Shown in pieces: positions 1 through 9,709 of a DNA stretch of 39,839 bases. Position numbers and translations under genes: made by a program. The notes beneath the pieces are model-generated. The model was not told where the DNA came from and did no database searches. It saw only the letters and a program-made list of their open reading frames with translations. Numbering within the stretch: the first letter of the stretch is position 1; each line of letters opens with the position of its first letter. The DNA is from Marihabitans sp. (GTDB lineage: Bacteria; Actinomycetota; Actinomycetes; Actinomycetales; Dermatophilaceae): assembly GCA_043423105.1 (NCBI GenBank), contig JBHWMJ010000044.1:1-39839 (forward strand). Direction: 5' to 3'.

Positions 1-2
1 AC

Positions 3-1247
3 GAGCGCGCCCTGCGCCGGGCGGACGCGCTCGGCGCGGCCGGCTCGGGGGCCTTCCACGGCGTGCCCTGCGGCATCAAGGAGAACGTCCTGACCGCCGG
101 CCTGCCGATCCGGATGGGCTCGCAGGCCGTCCCACCGACCCTCGTGGAGCACGACGGCGGCGTCGCCACCCAGCTGCTCGCCACCGGGGCGGTCCCGGTG
201 GTCCAGACCACCTGCCCGCCCTTCGGCTGGACTGCGACGACGGAGCGGGTCGGCCCGCTGCCCACCCGCAACCCGTGGCACACCGGCTACTCCTCGGGCG
301 GCTCCTCCGGGGGCACCGCCGCGCTCGTGGCCGCCGGCGCGCTCCCCTTCGCCCACGGCAACGACGGTGGCGGCTCGATCCGCATCCCGGCCGCGGCGTG
401 CGGGCTGGTCGGCCTGAAGGCCACGCGCGGCCGCTTCGCCGAGGACAGCACGACGACGCGGATGCCGGTGAAGATCGTCGTCGACGGTGTCCTCACGCGA
501 TCCGTGCGCGACACCGCCCGGTACCTCGCGGCGGCCGAGACCCAGCAGGCGCCGAAGGGGTGGGACCCGGTCGGTCTCGTCGAAGGTCCGGGGGATCGGC
601 GGCTGCGGGTCGGGTTCCTCATCGACAGCCCGCTCGCGCCCGCGACGGACGCCGAGACCTCCGCCGCGGTCCAGGCCACGGTCGAGCTGCTCGCCTCCCT
701 CGGCCACCGGGTCGACGACACCTACGAGCCGGCCGTGCCGAAGAGCTTCAAGGCCGACTTCCTGCACTACTGGTCGATGCTGGCGTTCGCCATCCACCGT
801 GACGGCCCGCGGATGTTCGGCAAGGACTTCGACCGCGCGAAGCTCGACCCCTTCACCCTCGGTCTGTCGAGCTACTTCGCCAAGCGGCTCTACCGCTTCC
901 CCTACACCGTGGCGCGCACGGCCGGCGCAGGTGCGATGTACGACCGGAAGTTCGGCGACGTCGACGTGGTCGTCACCCCCGTCCTGACGCACACCACCCC
1001 CGAGATCGGCTACCTCGCCGCCGAGCTCGACTTCGAGACCCACCTCGAGCGGGTCTCCGCCTACGTCGGGTTCACCCCGCTGCACAACGTCACCGGCGCC
1101 CCGGCGATCTCGCTGCCGATGGGCCGCACCGCCGACGGACGCCCGATCGGCGTGATGATCCAGGCACGACGAGGAGACGATCGGACCCTCCTCGAGCTGG
1201 CCTACGAGCTCGAGGCGGCTGCCCCCTTCGCCCGCGTCTGGGACTGA
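3..1247 (+). CDS. Amidase signature (AS) family protein, 5'-truncated by window edge
   Basis: Frame is open from position 3. GVPCGIKEN (catalytic Lys), GGSSGG and GNDGGGSIRIPA (Ser-cisSer-Lys triad motifs). Confidence 0.93.
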   Translation, partial: ERALRRADALGAAGSGAFHGVPCGIKENVLTAGLPIRMGSQAVPPTLVEHDGGVATQLLATGAVPVVQTTCPPFGWTATTERVGPLPTRNPWHTGYSSGGSSGGTAALVAAGALPFAHGNDGGGSIRIPAAACGLVGLKATRGRFAEDSTTTRMPVKIVVDGVLTRSVRDTARYLAAAETQQAPKGWDPVGLVEGPGDRRLRVGFLIDSPLAPATDAETSAAVQATVELLASLGHRVDDTYEPAVPKSFKADFLHYWSMLAFAIHRDGPRMFGKDFDRAKLDPFTLGLSSYFAKRLYRFPYTVARTAGAGAMYDRKFGDVDVVVTPVLTHTTPEIGYLAAELDFETHLERVSAYVGFTPLHNVTGAPAISLPMGRTADGRPIGVMIQARRGDDRTLLELAYELEAAAPFARVWD

Positions 1248-1319
1248 CCCCCTCCGTCCTGGTCCGACGACCCGTTTCGCGGCTAGGTTGGGTCACCGGA
1301 CCACGACGAAGGGCGCCAG

Positions 1320-2462
1320 ATGATCCGGCTCGACGGAGTCACCAAGCGGTACCCCGACGGCACGGTCGCGGTCGACGGCCTCACCCTGGAGGCACCCACC
1401 GGCAAGATCACCGTGCTCGTCGGCCCCTCCGGCTGCGGCAAGACGACGACGCTGCGGATGATCAACCGGATGATCGAGCCGACCTCGGGCACCATCTCGG
1501 TCGACGGCGCCGACGTCATGTCGATGGACGCCGCCGAGCTGCGGCGCGGCATCGGCTACGTCATCCAGCACGGCGGCCTCTTCCCGCACCGCACCATCGA
1601 GCGCAACATCGCCACCGTGCCGCTCCTGCTCGGGCAGGACAAGACGTCCTCGCTCGAGCGTGCCCGTGAGCTCATGGAGCTCGTCGGCCTCGACCCTGAG
1701 CTGGCTCGTCGCTACCCCAGCCAGCTCTCTGGCGGCCAGCAGCAGCGGGTCGGCGTGGCCCGGGCGCTCGCCGCGGACCCGCCGGTCATGCTCATGGACG
1801 AGCCCTTCTCCGCCGTCGACCCCATCGTGCGCGAGCAGCTCCAGGACGAGTTCCTCCGGCTGCAGGGCGAGCTCGGCAAGACGATCGTCCTCGTCACCCA
1901 CGACATCGACGAGGCGATCAAGCTCGGAGATCACATCGCCGTGCTCGCCGTCGGGGGCCGGCTGGCGCAGCTCGCTTCCCCGCACCAGCTGCTCACCCAC
2001 CCCGCCGACGGCTTCGTCGCCGACTTCCTCGGTCGCGACCGCGGCTACCGCTCGCTGGCCTTCGAAGGCGCCCGGGTCCCGCTGCACGACGAGACCGCAG
2101 CCGTCCTCGGCGAGCGCGGCATCGTCGAGCGTCCCGGTCACCGCGACCCGTGGACCCTCGTCGTCGACCCCGATCGGCGACCCCTCGGCTGGGCCCGCAC
2201 CGACGCGCTCGAGACGATCGGCGCTGCCGACGACCTGGCCCTCGGCGGGACTCTCGCCCGAGAGGACGGTTCGCTGCGCGCCGCCCTCGACGCGGCGCTC
2301 TCGTCGCCGAGCCGTCGCGGGGTCGTCGTCGATGACGCAGGCCGTCTCGTCGGGACCTGCCGCGCCCCGGAGATCGTCGCGGTCATCGAGGAGCAGGACC
2401 GCCCGGACGACGAAGGAGACTCGAAGGGGGGCGACGGTGGACTGGATCCTCGCGCACCCTGA
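1320..2462 (+). CDS. Osmoprotectant (glycine betaine/choline/proline) ABC transporter ATP-binding subunit, OpuCA/ProV-like
   Basis: Walker A GPSGCGKT, signature LSGGQQQRV, Walker B MLMDEPF; followed by two permeases and a binding protein. Confidence 0.92.
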   Translation: MIRLDGVTKRYPDGTVAVDGLTLEAPTGKITVLVGPSGCGKTTTLRMINRMIEPTSGTISVDGADVMSMDAAELRRGIGYVIQHGGLFPHRTIERNIATVPLLLGQDKTSSLERARELMELVGLDPELARRYPSQLSGGQQQRVGVARALAADPPVMLMDEPFSAVDPIVREQLQDEFLRLQGELGKTIVLVTHDIDEAIKLGDHIAVLAVGGRLAQLASPHQLLTHPADGFVADFLGRDRGYRSLAFEGARVPLHDETAAVLGERGIVERPGHRDPWTLVVDPDRRPLGWARTDALETIGAADDLALGGTLAREDGSLRAALDAALSSPSRRGVVVDDAGRLVGTCRAPEIVAVIEEQDRPDDEGDSKGGDGGLDPRAP

Positions 2463-3081
2463 CGACATCGCCCGGCTGGCTCTGCGGCACGTCTGGCTCG
2501 CCGGGCTGCCGCTGGTCATCGGGCTGCTCGTCTCGCTCGTCCTCGGCTGGGTCGCCCATCGGGTGGCCTGGCTGCGGGCGGTCATGCTCACTGGCTCGGG
2601 GCTGCTCTACACGATCCCGTCGCTGGCGCTCTTCGTGCTCATGCCGCTGATCCTCGCGACGAAGATCCTCTCGCCGGTCAATGTCATCGTCGCCATGACG
2701 ATCTACACCGTCGCGCTGCTCGTGCGCACCGTCGTCGACGGCCTCGACTCCGTGCCGCGCGACGCCGTCCAGGCGGCCACCGCGATCGGCTACGGCCCCG
2801 TGCGCCGGCTGCTCTCGGTCGAGCTGCCGCTCGCGGTCCCGGTCATCGCGGCCGGCCTGCGGGTCGCCGCGGTGAGCAACGTCAGCATCGTCAGCGTGGC
2901 CTCGCTCGTCGGGGTCAACCAGCTCGGTGACCTGCTCGTCGACGGCTTCAACCGCGCCATCCCGGGTGAGCTCGTCGCCGGCATCGCCGGGTGCATCGTG
3001 CTTGCGCTCCTCTTCGACGCGCTCATCCGGCTCCTCGAGCGCCTGCTCACGCCGTGGCGACGGGCGGGGGCGTCGGCATGA
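2437..3081 (+). CDS. Osmoprotectant ABC transporter permease 1
   Basis: GTG at 2437 overlapping the ATPase end; hydrophobic; YTIPSLAL and VELPLA..AGLR motifs of OpuCB/ProW-type permeases. Confidence 0.9.
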   Translation: MDWILAHPDDIARLALRHVWLAGLPLVIGLLVSLVLGWVAHRVAWLRAVMLTGSGLLYTIPSLALFVLMPLILATKILSPVNVIVAMTIYTVALLVRTVVDGLDSVPRDAVQAATAIGYGPVRRLLSVELPLAVPVIAAGLRVAAVSNVSIVSVASLVGVNQLGDLLVDGFNRAIPGELVAGIAGCIVLALLFDALIRLLERLLTPWRRAGASA

Positions 3082-3839
3082 TCGGCGGGATCATCGACTG
3101 GCTCACTGCCGCCACGTCCTGGCAGGGCGACGACGGCATCCTCGCCCGTCTCGGGGAGCACCTGCTCTACACGCTCGTCGTCGTGCTGCTCGCCGCACTC
3201 GTCGCCATCCCAGTCGGCCTGTGGGTCGGCCACTCCGGCCGCGGCCGCTGGCTCGTCTCGCTCGCCAACGCTGCCCGCGCCGTGCCCACGCTCGGGCTAC
3301 TCTTCGCGCTCGTCCTGTGGCTCGGTCCCCGGCTGAGCGGCGAGCTGTACTTCACGGCGCCGAGCATCATCGTCCTCGTCCTCCTCGCGATCCCGCCGAT
3401 CCTCTCCGGCACCTACGCCGGGGTCGAGGCGGTCGACCCGGCGGCTCGCGACGCGGCCCGGGGCATCGGCATGTCCCCCGGGCAGGTACTGCGGCAGGTC
3501 GAGCTGCCGTGCGCCCTGCCGCTGCTGCTCTCCGGCCTGCGCGCCTCGATCCTCCAGGTCGTCGCCACCGCCACGATCGCCGCGTACGTCGGCCTCGGTG
3601 GCCTCGGCCGCTTCATCATCGACGGCCTCGCCGTGCAGGACTACGCCCAGACCGCCGGCGGTGCCGTCCTCGTCGCCGTGCTCGCGGTCCTCCTCGACGC
3701 CATCGCCGCGCTCGTCCAGCGGGCCGTCGTCTCACCCGGCCTCACCACAGACCCGTCGCGTCCCGCCCGGCGCGGGTCAGCCCCTTCGCGCCTCCGTCCA
3801 TCACCGACCAGCACCGCAACCGCAGGAGAGAACTCATGA
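3078..3839 (+). CDS. Osmoprotectant ABC transporter permease 2
   Basis: ATGA overlap; RAVPTLGLL, DAARGIGM (EAA loop), VELPCALP, GLGGLGRFI. Confidence 0.9.
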   Translation: MIGGIIDWLTAATSWQGDDGILARLGEHLLYTLVVVLLAALVAIPVGLWVGHSGRGRWLVSLANAARAVPTLGLLFALVLWLGPRLSGELYFTAPSIIVLVLLAIPPILSGTYAGVEAVDPAARDAARGIGMSPGQVLRQVELPCALPLLLSGLRASILQVVATATIAAYVGLGGLGRFIIDGLAVQDYAQTAGGAVLVAVLAVLLDAIAALVQRAVVSPGLTTDPSRPARRGSAPSRLRPSPTSTATAGENS

Positions 3840-4765
3840 CCGACCTGACCCGCCGCTCCGCCCTCATGCTCACCGGGCTCGCCGCCGTCGGCGCGCTCGC
3901 CGCCTGCGGCGGCGGTGAAGACCCGCTCAGCGAGGAGACGTCCGCCGGTGGTGGTGGCGAGTCGCCTGCAGGCGAGGTCGTCGTCGGCTCCGCGGACTTC
4001 TCCGAGTCCGTGCTGCTCGCCGAGATCTACGCGGCTGCCCTCAACGCCAAGGACATCAAGGCCTCGACGAAGACGGGCATCGGCGCCCGAGAGGTCTACC
4101 TCAAGGCGCTCGAGGAGGACTCGGTCCAGGTCTTCCCGGAGTACACCGGTGCGCTCGCGCTCTTCTACGACAAGGAGTTCGCCGAGACCGACCCGGACAA
4201 GACCTACGACGCGCTCAAGGAGTCGCTCCCGGACGGGCTCGCCCTGCTCGAGAAGTCGGCCGCCGAGGACAACGACTCGATCGTCGTGACCAAGGAGACG
4301 GCCGACGCCAAGGACCTGAAGACCATCGCGGACCTCGAGGGCGTCGCCGGCGAGATGACCCTCGCCGCGCCGCCGGAGTTCAAGACGAGGGTCCAGGGCA
4401 TCCCCGGCCTGGAGAAGACCTACGGCGTGAAGTTCAAGACCTTCCGGCCGCTCAAGGCGGGCCAGGCCACCGTGCAGGCGCTGAAGAACGGCCAGGTCGA
4501 CGCAGCGAACATCTTCAGCACGGACCCGTCGATCGCGGCCAACGACTTCGTCGTCCTCGAGGACACCGAGAAGCTCTACGGCAGCCAGAACATCGTCCCG
4601 CTCGTGCGGACCGAGGTGCAGGACAAGGTCGCCCCCGTCCTCGATGCTGTCTCCGCGAAGCTCACGACAGAGGTCGTCGCCGACCTGCTCAAGCAGACCG
4701 ACATCGACAAGAAGGACCCCAAGGCGGTGGCCGAGACCTTCGTCCAGGACAACGGCCTGGCATGA
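3836..4765 (+). CDS. Osmoprotectant ABC transporter substrate-binding lipoprotein (OpuAC/OsmF type)
   Basis: SD AGGAG; LTRRSA twin-Arg-like n-region and LAAC lipobox; VGSADFSES and PEYTG motifs. Confidence 0.92.
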   Translation: MTDLTRRSALMLTGLAAVGALAACGGGEDPLSEETSAGGGGESPAGEVVVGSADFSESVLLAEIYAAALNAKDIKASTKTGIGAREVYLKALEEDSVQVFPEYTGALALFYDKEFAETDPDKTYDALKESLPDGLALLEKSAAEDNDSIVVTKETADAKDLKTIADLEGVAGEMTLAAPPEFKTRVQGIPGLEKTYGVKFKTFRPLKAGQATVQALKNGQVDAANIFSTDPSIAANDFVVLEDTEKLYGSQNIVPLVRTEVQDKVAPVLDAVSAKLTTEVVADLLKQTDIDKKDPKAVAETFVQDNGLA

Positions 4766-5760
4766 CCGAGGCCACGATCCTCAGCGAGGTCCGTGGCGAG
4801 CTCGGCGTCCTCACCCTCAACCGGCCGAAGGCGATCAACGCCCTCGACGTGTCGATGATGGACGCCGTGCCCGCGGTGCTCGACGCCTGGCGCTCTGACG
4901 AGTCGGTGCGCGCGGTCGCGCTCGTCGGCGCGGGGGAGCGGGGCTTCTGCGCCGGTGGCGACGTGCGGGCCGTGCGTCAGGCGCACCTCGACGGCGACGA
5001 CGCGGCGCGCTTCTTCCGCGCGGAGTACGCCGTCGACCTCGCTGTCGCCGAGTACCGCAAGCCCGTCGTCGCCGTCATGGACGGCATCACGATGGGCGGC
5101 GGGGTGGGTCTGGGCATGAACGCCGACCTGCGCGTCGTCACCGAGCGCACCCAGATGGCCATGCCGGAGACGATCATCGGCTTCTTCCCCGACGTCGGCG
5201 CGACCTACCGGCTGGCCCGCTCGCCGGGCGAGCTCGGGACGCACGTGGCGCTCACCGGTGCCACCTTCGGCGCGGGGGACGCGATCGCGCTCGGGCTCGC
5301 CGACACGCTCGTGGACTCCGCGTCCGTCGAGGGACTCCTCGACGGTCTGGCGAAGGGGGAGCCGCTGGACGCATCGTTCGGGGAGACGGCGTCTCCGTCA
5401 GGGCTCGTCGCGGAGCAGGCGTGGATCGACGAGTGCTACGCGGGGGACGACCCGGTGGTCGTCGTGCACCGGCTCGAGGGGCACAGCTCCGCCGAGGCGC
5501 GTGCCGCCGCCGAGACGATCCGGAGCCGCTCGCCGCTGGCTGTGGCCATCACGCTCGAGGCGCTGCGACGCGCCGGGTCGGGCAGGTCGCTCGCCGAGGT
5601 GCTCGAGACCGACGCGGTCATTGCCGAGCGGATGCTCGACGGGAGCGACTTCGCCGAGGGGGTCCGCGCGCAGCTCGTCGACAAGGACCGCTCGCCGACC
5701 TGGCGGCACGCCCGGCTGGAGGACGTCACCCGCGACGAGGTGCTCGCCTTCTTCCCGTGA
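4762..5760 (+). CDS. Crotonase-family protein, 3-hydroxyisobutyryl-CoA hydrolase-like
   Basis: LNRPKAINAL, FCAGGD, MDGITMGGG, MPETIIGFFPDVG, DFAEGVRAQLVDKDRSPTW. Confidence 0.88.
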   Translation: MTEATILSEVRGELGVLTLNRPKAINALDVSMMDAVPAVLDAWRSDESVRAVALVGAGERGFCAGGDVRAVRQAHLDGDDAARFFRAEYAVDLAVAEYRKPVVAVMDGITMGGGVGLGMNADLRVVTERTQMAMPETIIGFFPDVGATYRLARSPGELGTHVALTGATFGAGDAIALGLADTLVDSASVEGLLDGLAKGEPLDASFGETASPSGLVAEQAWIDECYAGDDPVVVVHRLEGHSSAEARAAAETIRSRSPLAVAITLEALRRAGSGRSLAEVLETDAVIAERMLDGSDFAEGVRAQLVDKDRSPTWRHARLEDVTRDEVLAFFP

Positions 5761-5796
5761 CGACGGCCGCTCGAGGTGATCTCGCCGCAGTCATGA

Positions 5797-5848
5797 CGAA
5801 GGGGGATGCCAGAGGCGCGGTATGTCGCGCGTCTGGCATCCCCCTTCG
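5797..5848. terminator. Long inverted repeat between convergent genes (bidirectional terminator or REP-like)
   Basis: CGAAGGGGGATGCCAGA (5797-5813) pairs perfectly with TCTGGCATCCCCCTTCG (5832-5848); inner GCGCG/CGCGC also pairs. Confidence 0.75.
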
Positions 5849-5863
5849 GGGCTGAACCCCAGA

Positions 5864-7000
5864 TCACTCCCAGGAGGGCTTGGCGTTCGCCTCGCGGAGC
5901 GCGTCGAGGTCGATCCCCTCCGGAGCCGGGTGTGCCGTGGCCGACGAAGGGGTGTCCGCTGCCGGCTCAGGCTGGTCCGCGGCAGTGACCTCGGCCTGGG
6001 CCGCGGGCTCTGCGTCCTCGGCGGGAACGCGCTCGGGGCTCGCCTCGGCCTTGTTTTCCTCGGCGGGAACGGACTCGGGCTCCGGGGCCGTTTCCGTTGC
6101 CGGAGCAGCGGCGGCCGGGGCACTGCCGGTCTCCCACGAGGGGTTGGCGTTCCGTGCGGCGAGGCTGTCGTCGGCGGGAGTGGCCGCGGCGGGTACCGGG
6201 GTCTCCTGCTCGGCGGCAGGCTCCTCGGCGGTGACCTCGGCCTGGGGCTGGCCGGGCTCGCCGGAGCCGGTGACCTGGTCCTGACCGCCGACGTTGTCCT
6301 CGGTGGACTCGGTGGCGGCGGGGGACTCGGCCTGGGCTGCGGGCTCTGCGTCCTCGGCGGGAGCAGGCTCGGGGCTCGCCTCGGCCTTGTTCTCCTCGGC
6401 GGGGACGGCCTCGGGCTCCGTTGCCGGAGCAGCGGTAGCAGCGGCGATGCCGGTCTCCCAGGACGGCGCGGCGTTCTGTGCGGCGAGGCTGTCGTCGGCG
6501 GGAGCGACCGCGGCGGGTGCCGGGCTCTCCTGCTCGGCGACGGGCTCCTCAGTCGTGACCTCAGCCTCCTCCTTCTCGGCCGGGCTCGGCTCGGAGGCAG
6601 GCGCGGCGGCGGCGGTCTCCCAGCTCGGTGCAGCGTTCGCTGCCGCAGCATCGGTCTCCCACGAAGGAGCCGCGTTCTGGCTCGCAGCGTCGTCACCAGC
6701 CGGGGCGGAGGGCTTCTCCGCCTCCGCCTCGGTGGCCTTCGCCTCGGGCACGGCAGCCGGAGCGGCACCGCCCGACTCCCACGACGGAGCAGCGTTAGCC
6801 GTGGCGGCGTCGGTCTCCCACGACGGGGCGGCGTTGGCGCTGGACGCGTCGCTCGGTGCCGCGGCGGGTGCCTCCTCGGCCTTCGGCTCGGCTGCGGGTG
6901 CCGGGGCCGAGTCTTCCCACGACGGGGCGGCGTTGGCGGTGGATGCGTCGCTCTCCCACGACGGCGCAGCGTTCGCGTCGGCAGCGGTCGGCTGGGTCTC
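5864..7000 (-). repeat. Intragenic peptide repeats: nine NAxPSWE motifs plus an ~80-aa internal duplication (~6326-6565 vs ~5990-6241)
   Basis: Counted directly in the translation: NAAPSWE x7, NANPSWE x1, terminal NAKPSWE*. Confidence 0.95.
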
Positions 7001-9556
7001 CTGACCCTTGACGGCGTCGCCGTCCTCGCCAGCCTCGTCGACGGCAGCCGCGGTCTTGGCGGTCTCCTCGGCAGACGGAGCCTCGGGCTTCGCGTCCGTC
7101 GCGCCCGCGCCGGCAGCGGGGGCAGCGACGGCGGTCTTCGGCTCGGCCTCGGCCTGCTCCTGCGACTCGGTCGTGCCGGCCTTCGGGGCCTCAGGGGCCT
7201 CCTTGACCGACGCGAGGAGCATCTGGGCGATGTCGACGACCTCGATGTCCTCCGAGGCGCCCTCGGACTGCTTGGCCGTCAGGCCGTCGCTGAGCATGAC
7301 GCGGCAGAAGGGGCAGCCGACGGCGATGCGCTCGGCACCGGTCGCGATGGCCTCCTCGGTGCGGTTCATGTTGATCCGCGAGCCGAGCTGCTCCTCCATC
7401 CACATGCGGGCACCACCGGCGCCGCAGCAGAAGGACTTCTCGCCGGAGCGCTCCATCTCGCGCAGCTCGACACCCGGCAGGGCGCCGATGAGCTCACGCG
7501 GCGGCGCGTAGACCTGGTTGTGGCGACCGAGGTAGCACGGGTCGTGGTAGGTCACCGACGTCGCGGTCGAGGCGACGTTCTTCAGGCTCGACTTCTCCGG
7601 GGCGCTCGGGCGGCGGACGGGGGCGAGCTTCTTCTCACGGACGAGACGGTTGAGCAGCTGGGTGTGGTGCAGCACCTCGTACTTGCCGCCGAGCTGCGGG
7701 TACTCGTTCTTGATCGTGTTGAAGCAATGCGCGCAGGTGACGACGATCTTCGTCGCGCCGAGCTCGTTGAGCGTCTCGACGTTCTGCTCCGCGAGCATCT
7801 GGAAGAGGATCTCGTTGCCGGCCCGGCGCGCGGAGTCACCGGTGCAGGTCTCCCCGTTGCCGAGGACGGCGAAGTCGACCCCGGCGATGTCGAAGAGCTC
7901 GGCGACCGCGCGGGTCGTCTTCTTCGCCCGGTCCTCGTAGGCGCCGGCGCAGCCGACCCAGAAGAGGAAGTCGACCTCGTCAGCGGACTCGACGTCCTCC
8001 CCGAGGACCTTGACGGTGAAGGGGAGGTCCTTCGCCCAGTCCATGCGGGCCTTCGCCCCCATGCCCCAGGGGTTGCCCTTCGACTCGAGCTTCTTGAAGA
8101 GGCCGCCGAGCTCGCTCGGGAAGGCCGACTCGATGAGGTTCTGGTAGCGGCGCATGTCGACGATGTGGTCGACGTGCTCGATGTCGACGGGGCACTGCTC
8201 GACGCAGGCACCGCAGGTGGTGCACGACCACAGGACGTCCTCGTCGATGACGGCGTCCGGGCCGTGCGGGTTGTAGGCCGTCAGGGGGTTGTCGATGTCG
8301 TAGCCGGTCTGGCCGACGAGCGACATCTCGGCCCAGTTGATCGCGGTCGCGACTGCGCCCTCGGCGTCCGTCGTCTCGTCGGCCAGGGCTACGGCGTGCT
8401 GGGACGAAGGGATCGCGCCCTGGGCCGTCTGCGGGCTCGCCGGACGCGACGGGATGATCCCCTTGGCGTCCTGGGCGGCCGCGAGGTACGGAGCCTTGGC
8501 GTGCGCGTGGTCGCGCAGCGTCATCATGAGCATCTTCGGCGAGAGCGGCTTGTCCGTGTTCCACGCCGGGCACTGGCTCTGGCAGCGGCCGCACTCGGTG
8601 CAGGTGGAGAAGTCGAGCAGGCCCTTCCAGGTGAAGTCCTCGACCTTGCCGACCCCGAGGGTGATCTCCTCCTCGGACTCCTCCATCTCCTCCATGGCCT
8701 CCATGGAGAAGGGCTTGCCCCCGACCGTCATCGGCTGCAGCTCACCGAGCGAGGTGCGGCCGTCCGCGTGGCGCTTGAAGAAGATGTTGAAGAACGCGAG
8801 GAAGCGGTGCCAGGCCACACCCATCGTCGGGTTGAGCGAGACGGTGATCATCCACGCGTAGCTGATGACGAGCTTGATGAGCGCGACGACGACGATGAGG
8901 GTCTCGATCGTGCCGGTCGACAGGCCGTTGTAGGCGTTGCCGATCCACCCGGTGAGCGGGAAGTGGACCCAGCTCGCGAGGTGCTCGGTCTCGGGGTCGC
9001 GGCTGACGAGGGTCCACTCCAGCGAGCGCAGCAGACCGATGCACAGGGCCACGCCGAGGATCGTCAGCTCGACGTAGTAGGCCTGCCAGAAGGTCGACCC
9101 GAAGAATCGCGAACGTCGCCCGTTCTCGCCCTCGGCGCGGCTCGGCTTGTTCTTCTGCCGAACCCAGATCAGCCAGAGGATCCCGAAGAACCCGGCGAAG
9201 GCGAAGATGTCGGTGATCCACTCGTAGGGCGGGAAGTGCCCGATGAGGGGGAGCGTCCAGTGCGGGTCCATCAGCTGACCGGTCGCCTGGACCAGGGTCA
9301 GGAAGAGGACCCCGAACGAGATCATCGTGAACCAGTGGGCGATGGCCACCACCGGCAGGCGCGACATCCGGGTGTGCCCGAGGACCTCGCGCAGCAGGGT
9401 CGCCGTACGGGTGCCCTTGGCGTCGCCCCGGGTCGGGTCGGGCTTGCCGAGCTTGAAGGTGCTGACGAAGTGCCGGGCGGCGCGGGCCAGCATGGCCCAG
9501 CCGACGACGGTAAACGTCAGGCCGATGACGGTGGCGACGATCTCCAGAGCGGACAT
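5864..9556 (-). CDS. fadF: Membrane-anchored Fe-S oxidoreductase (FadF / HdrD-GlpC-like) with long acidic repetitive C-terminal tail
   Basis: N-terminal TM region; CTECGRCQSQCP and CTTCGACVEQCP 4Fe-4S motifs; two CCG domains (FWVGC, CAHC, YHDPCYLGR, CCGAGG, CPFC); Ala/Glu/Pro tail. Confidence 0.88.
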   Translation of the reverse strand: MSALEIVATVIGLTFTVVGWAMLARAARHFVSTFKLGKPDPTRGDAKGTRTATLLREVLGHTRMSRLPVVAIAHWFTMISFGVLFLTLVQATGQLMDPHWTLPLIGHFPPYEWITDIFAFAGFFGILWLIWVRQKNKPSRAEGENGRRSRFFGSTFWQAYYVELTILGVALCIGLLRSLEWTLVSRDPETEHLASWVHFPLTGWIGNAYNGLSTGTIETLIVVVALIKLVISYAWMITVSLNPTMGVAWHRFLAFFNIFFKRHADGRTSLGELQPMTVGGKPFSMEAMEEMEESEEEITLGVGKVEDFTWKGLLDFSTCTECGRCQSQCPAWNTDKPLSPKMLMMTLRDHAHAKAPYLAAAQDAKGIIPSRPASPQTAQGAIPSSQHAVALADETTDAEGAVATAINWAEMSLVGQTGYDIDNPLTAYNPHGPDAVIDEDVLWSCTTCGACVEQCPVDIEHVDHIVDMRRYQNLIESAFPSELGGLFKKLESKGNPWGMGAKARMDWAKDLPFTVKVLGEDVESADEVDFLFWVGCAGAYEDRAKKTTRAVAELFDIAGVDFAVLGNGETCTGDSARRAGNEILFQMLAEQNVETLNELGATKIVVTCAHCFNTIKNEYPQLGGKYEVLHHTQLLNRLVREKKLAPVRRPSAPEKSSLKNVASTATSVTYHDPCYLGRHNQVYAPPRELIGALPGVELREMERSGEKSFCCGAGGARMWMEEQLGSRINMNRTEEAIATGAERIAVGCPFCRVMLSDGLTAKQSEGASEDIEVVDIAQMLLASVKEAPEAPKAGTTESQEQAEAEPKTAVAAPAAGAGATDAKPEAPSAEETAKTAAAVDEAGEDGDAVKGQETQPTAADANAAPSWESDASTANAAPSWEDSAPAPAAEPKAEEAPAAAPSDASSANAAPSWETDAATANAAPSWESGGAAPAAVPEAKATEAEAEKPSAPAGDDAASQNAAPSWETDAAAANAAPSWETAAAAPASEPSPAEKEEAEVTTEEPVAEQESPAPAAVAPADDSLAAQNAAPSWETGIAAATAAPATEPEAVPAEENKAEASPEPAPAEDAEPAAQAESPAATESTEDNVGGQDQVTGSGEPGQPQAEVTAEEPAAEQETPVPAAATPADDSLAARNANPSWETGSAPAAAAPATETAPEPESVPAEENKAEASPERVPAEDAEPAAQAEVTAADQPEPAADTPSSATAHPAPEGIDLDALREANAKPSWE

Positions 9557-9679
9557 GCGCGAATCCTATGCGGCCGTAGTCCCCGGTCAGCAGCGCGTGT
9601 GACCACTCTCGCCCGGTCGTCCCGTCGGAGGGCGAAGGGGGAGCCGTCACCTGTCCGGGGCGCGGACCCGGGTTGTTCC

Positions 9680-9709
9680 TATGGATAACGGGATGTTGGA
9701 ATATCCATA
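9680..9709. promoter_or_regulatory. AT-rich inverted repeat TATGGATA-N14-TATCCATA in the fadF/cysK divergent promoter region
   Basis: Perfect 8-bp arms at 9680-9687 and 9702-9709 in otherwise GC-rich DNA, 55 bp upstream of cysK. Confidence 0.55.

Noticed and set aside
4975..4995. GCGCACCTCGAC in the crotonase gene as another repeat copy
   Set aside because: Only the right arm is present, with no TCGAGGCT left arm at the expected distance; likely chance.
5864..7000. Regularly recurring ~21-bp DNA repeats as a CRISPR array
   Set aside because: The repeats vary at synonymous positions, the spacing is irregular, they lie in frame in fadF, and there are no cas genes.
5822..9688. 1288-aa plus-strand ORF, and similar long antisense ORFs (30749-33484, 24276-25556, 21098-22354, 35860-37050)
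   Set aside because: Stop-free shadows of real genes in high-GC DNA; Arg/Gly/Leu-rich with no recognisable motifs.
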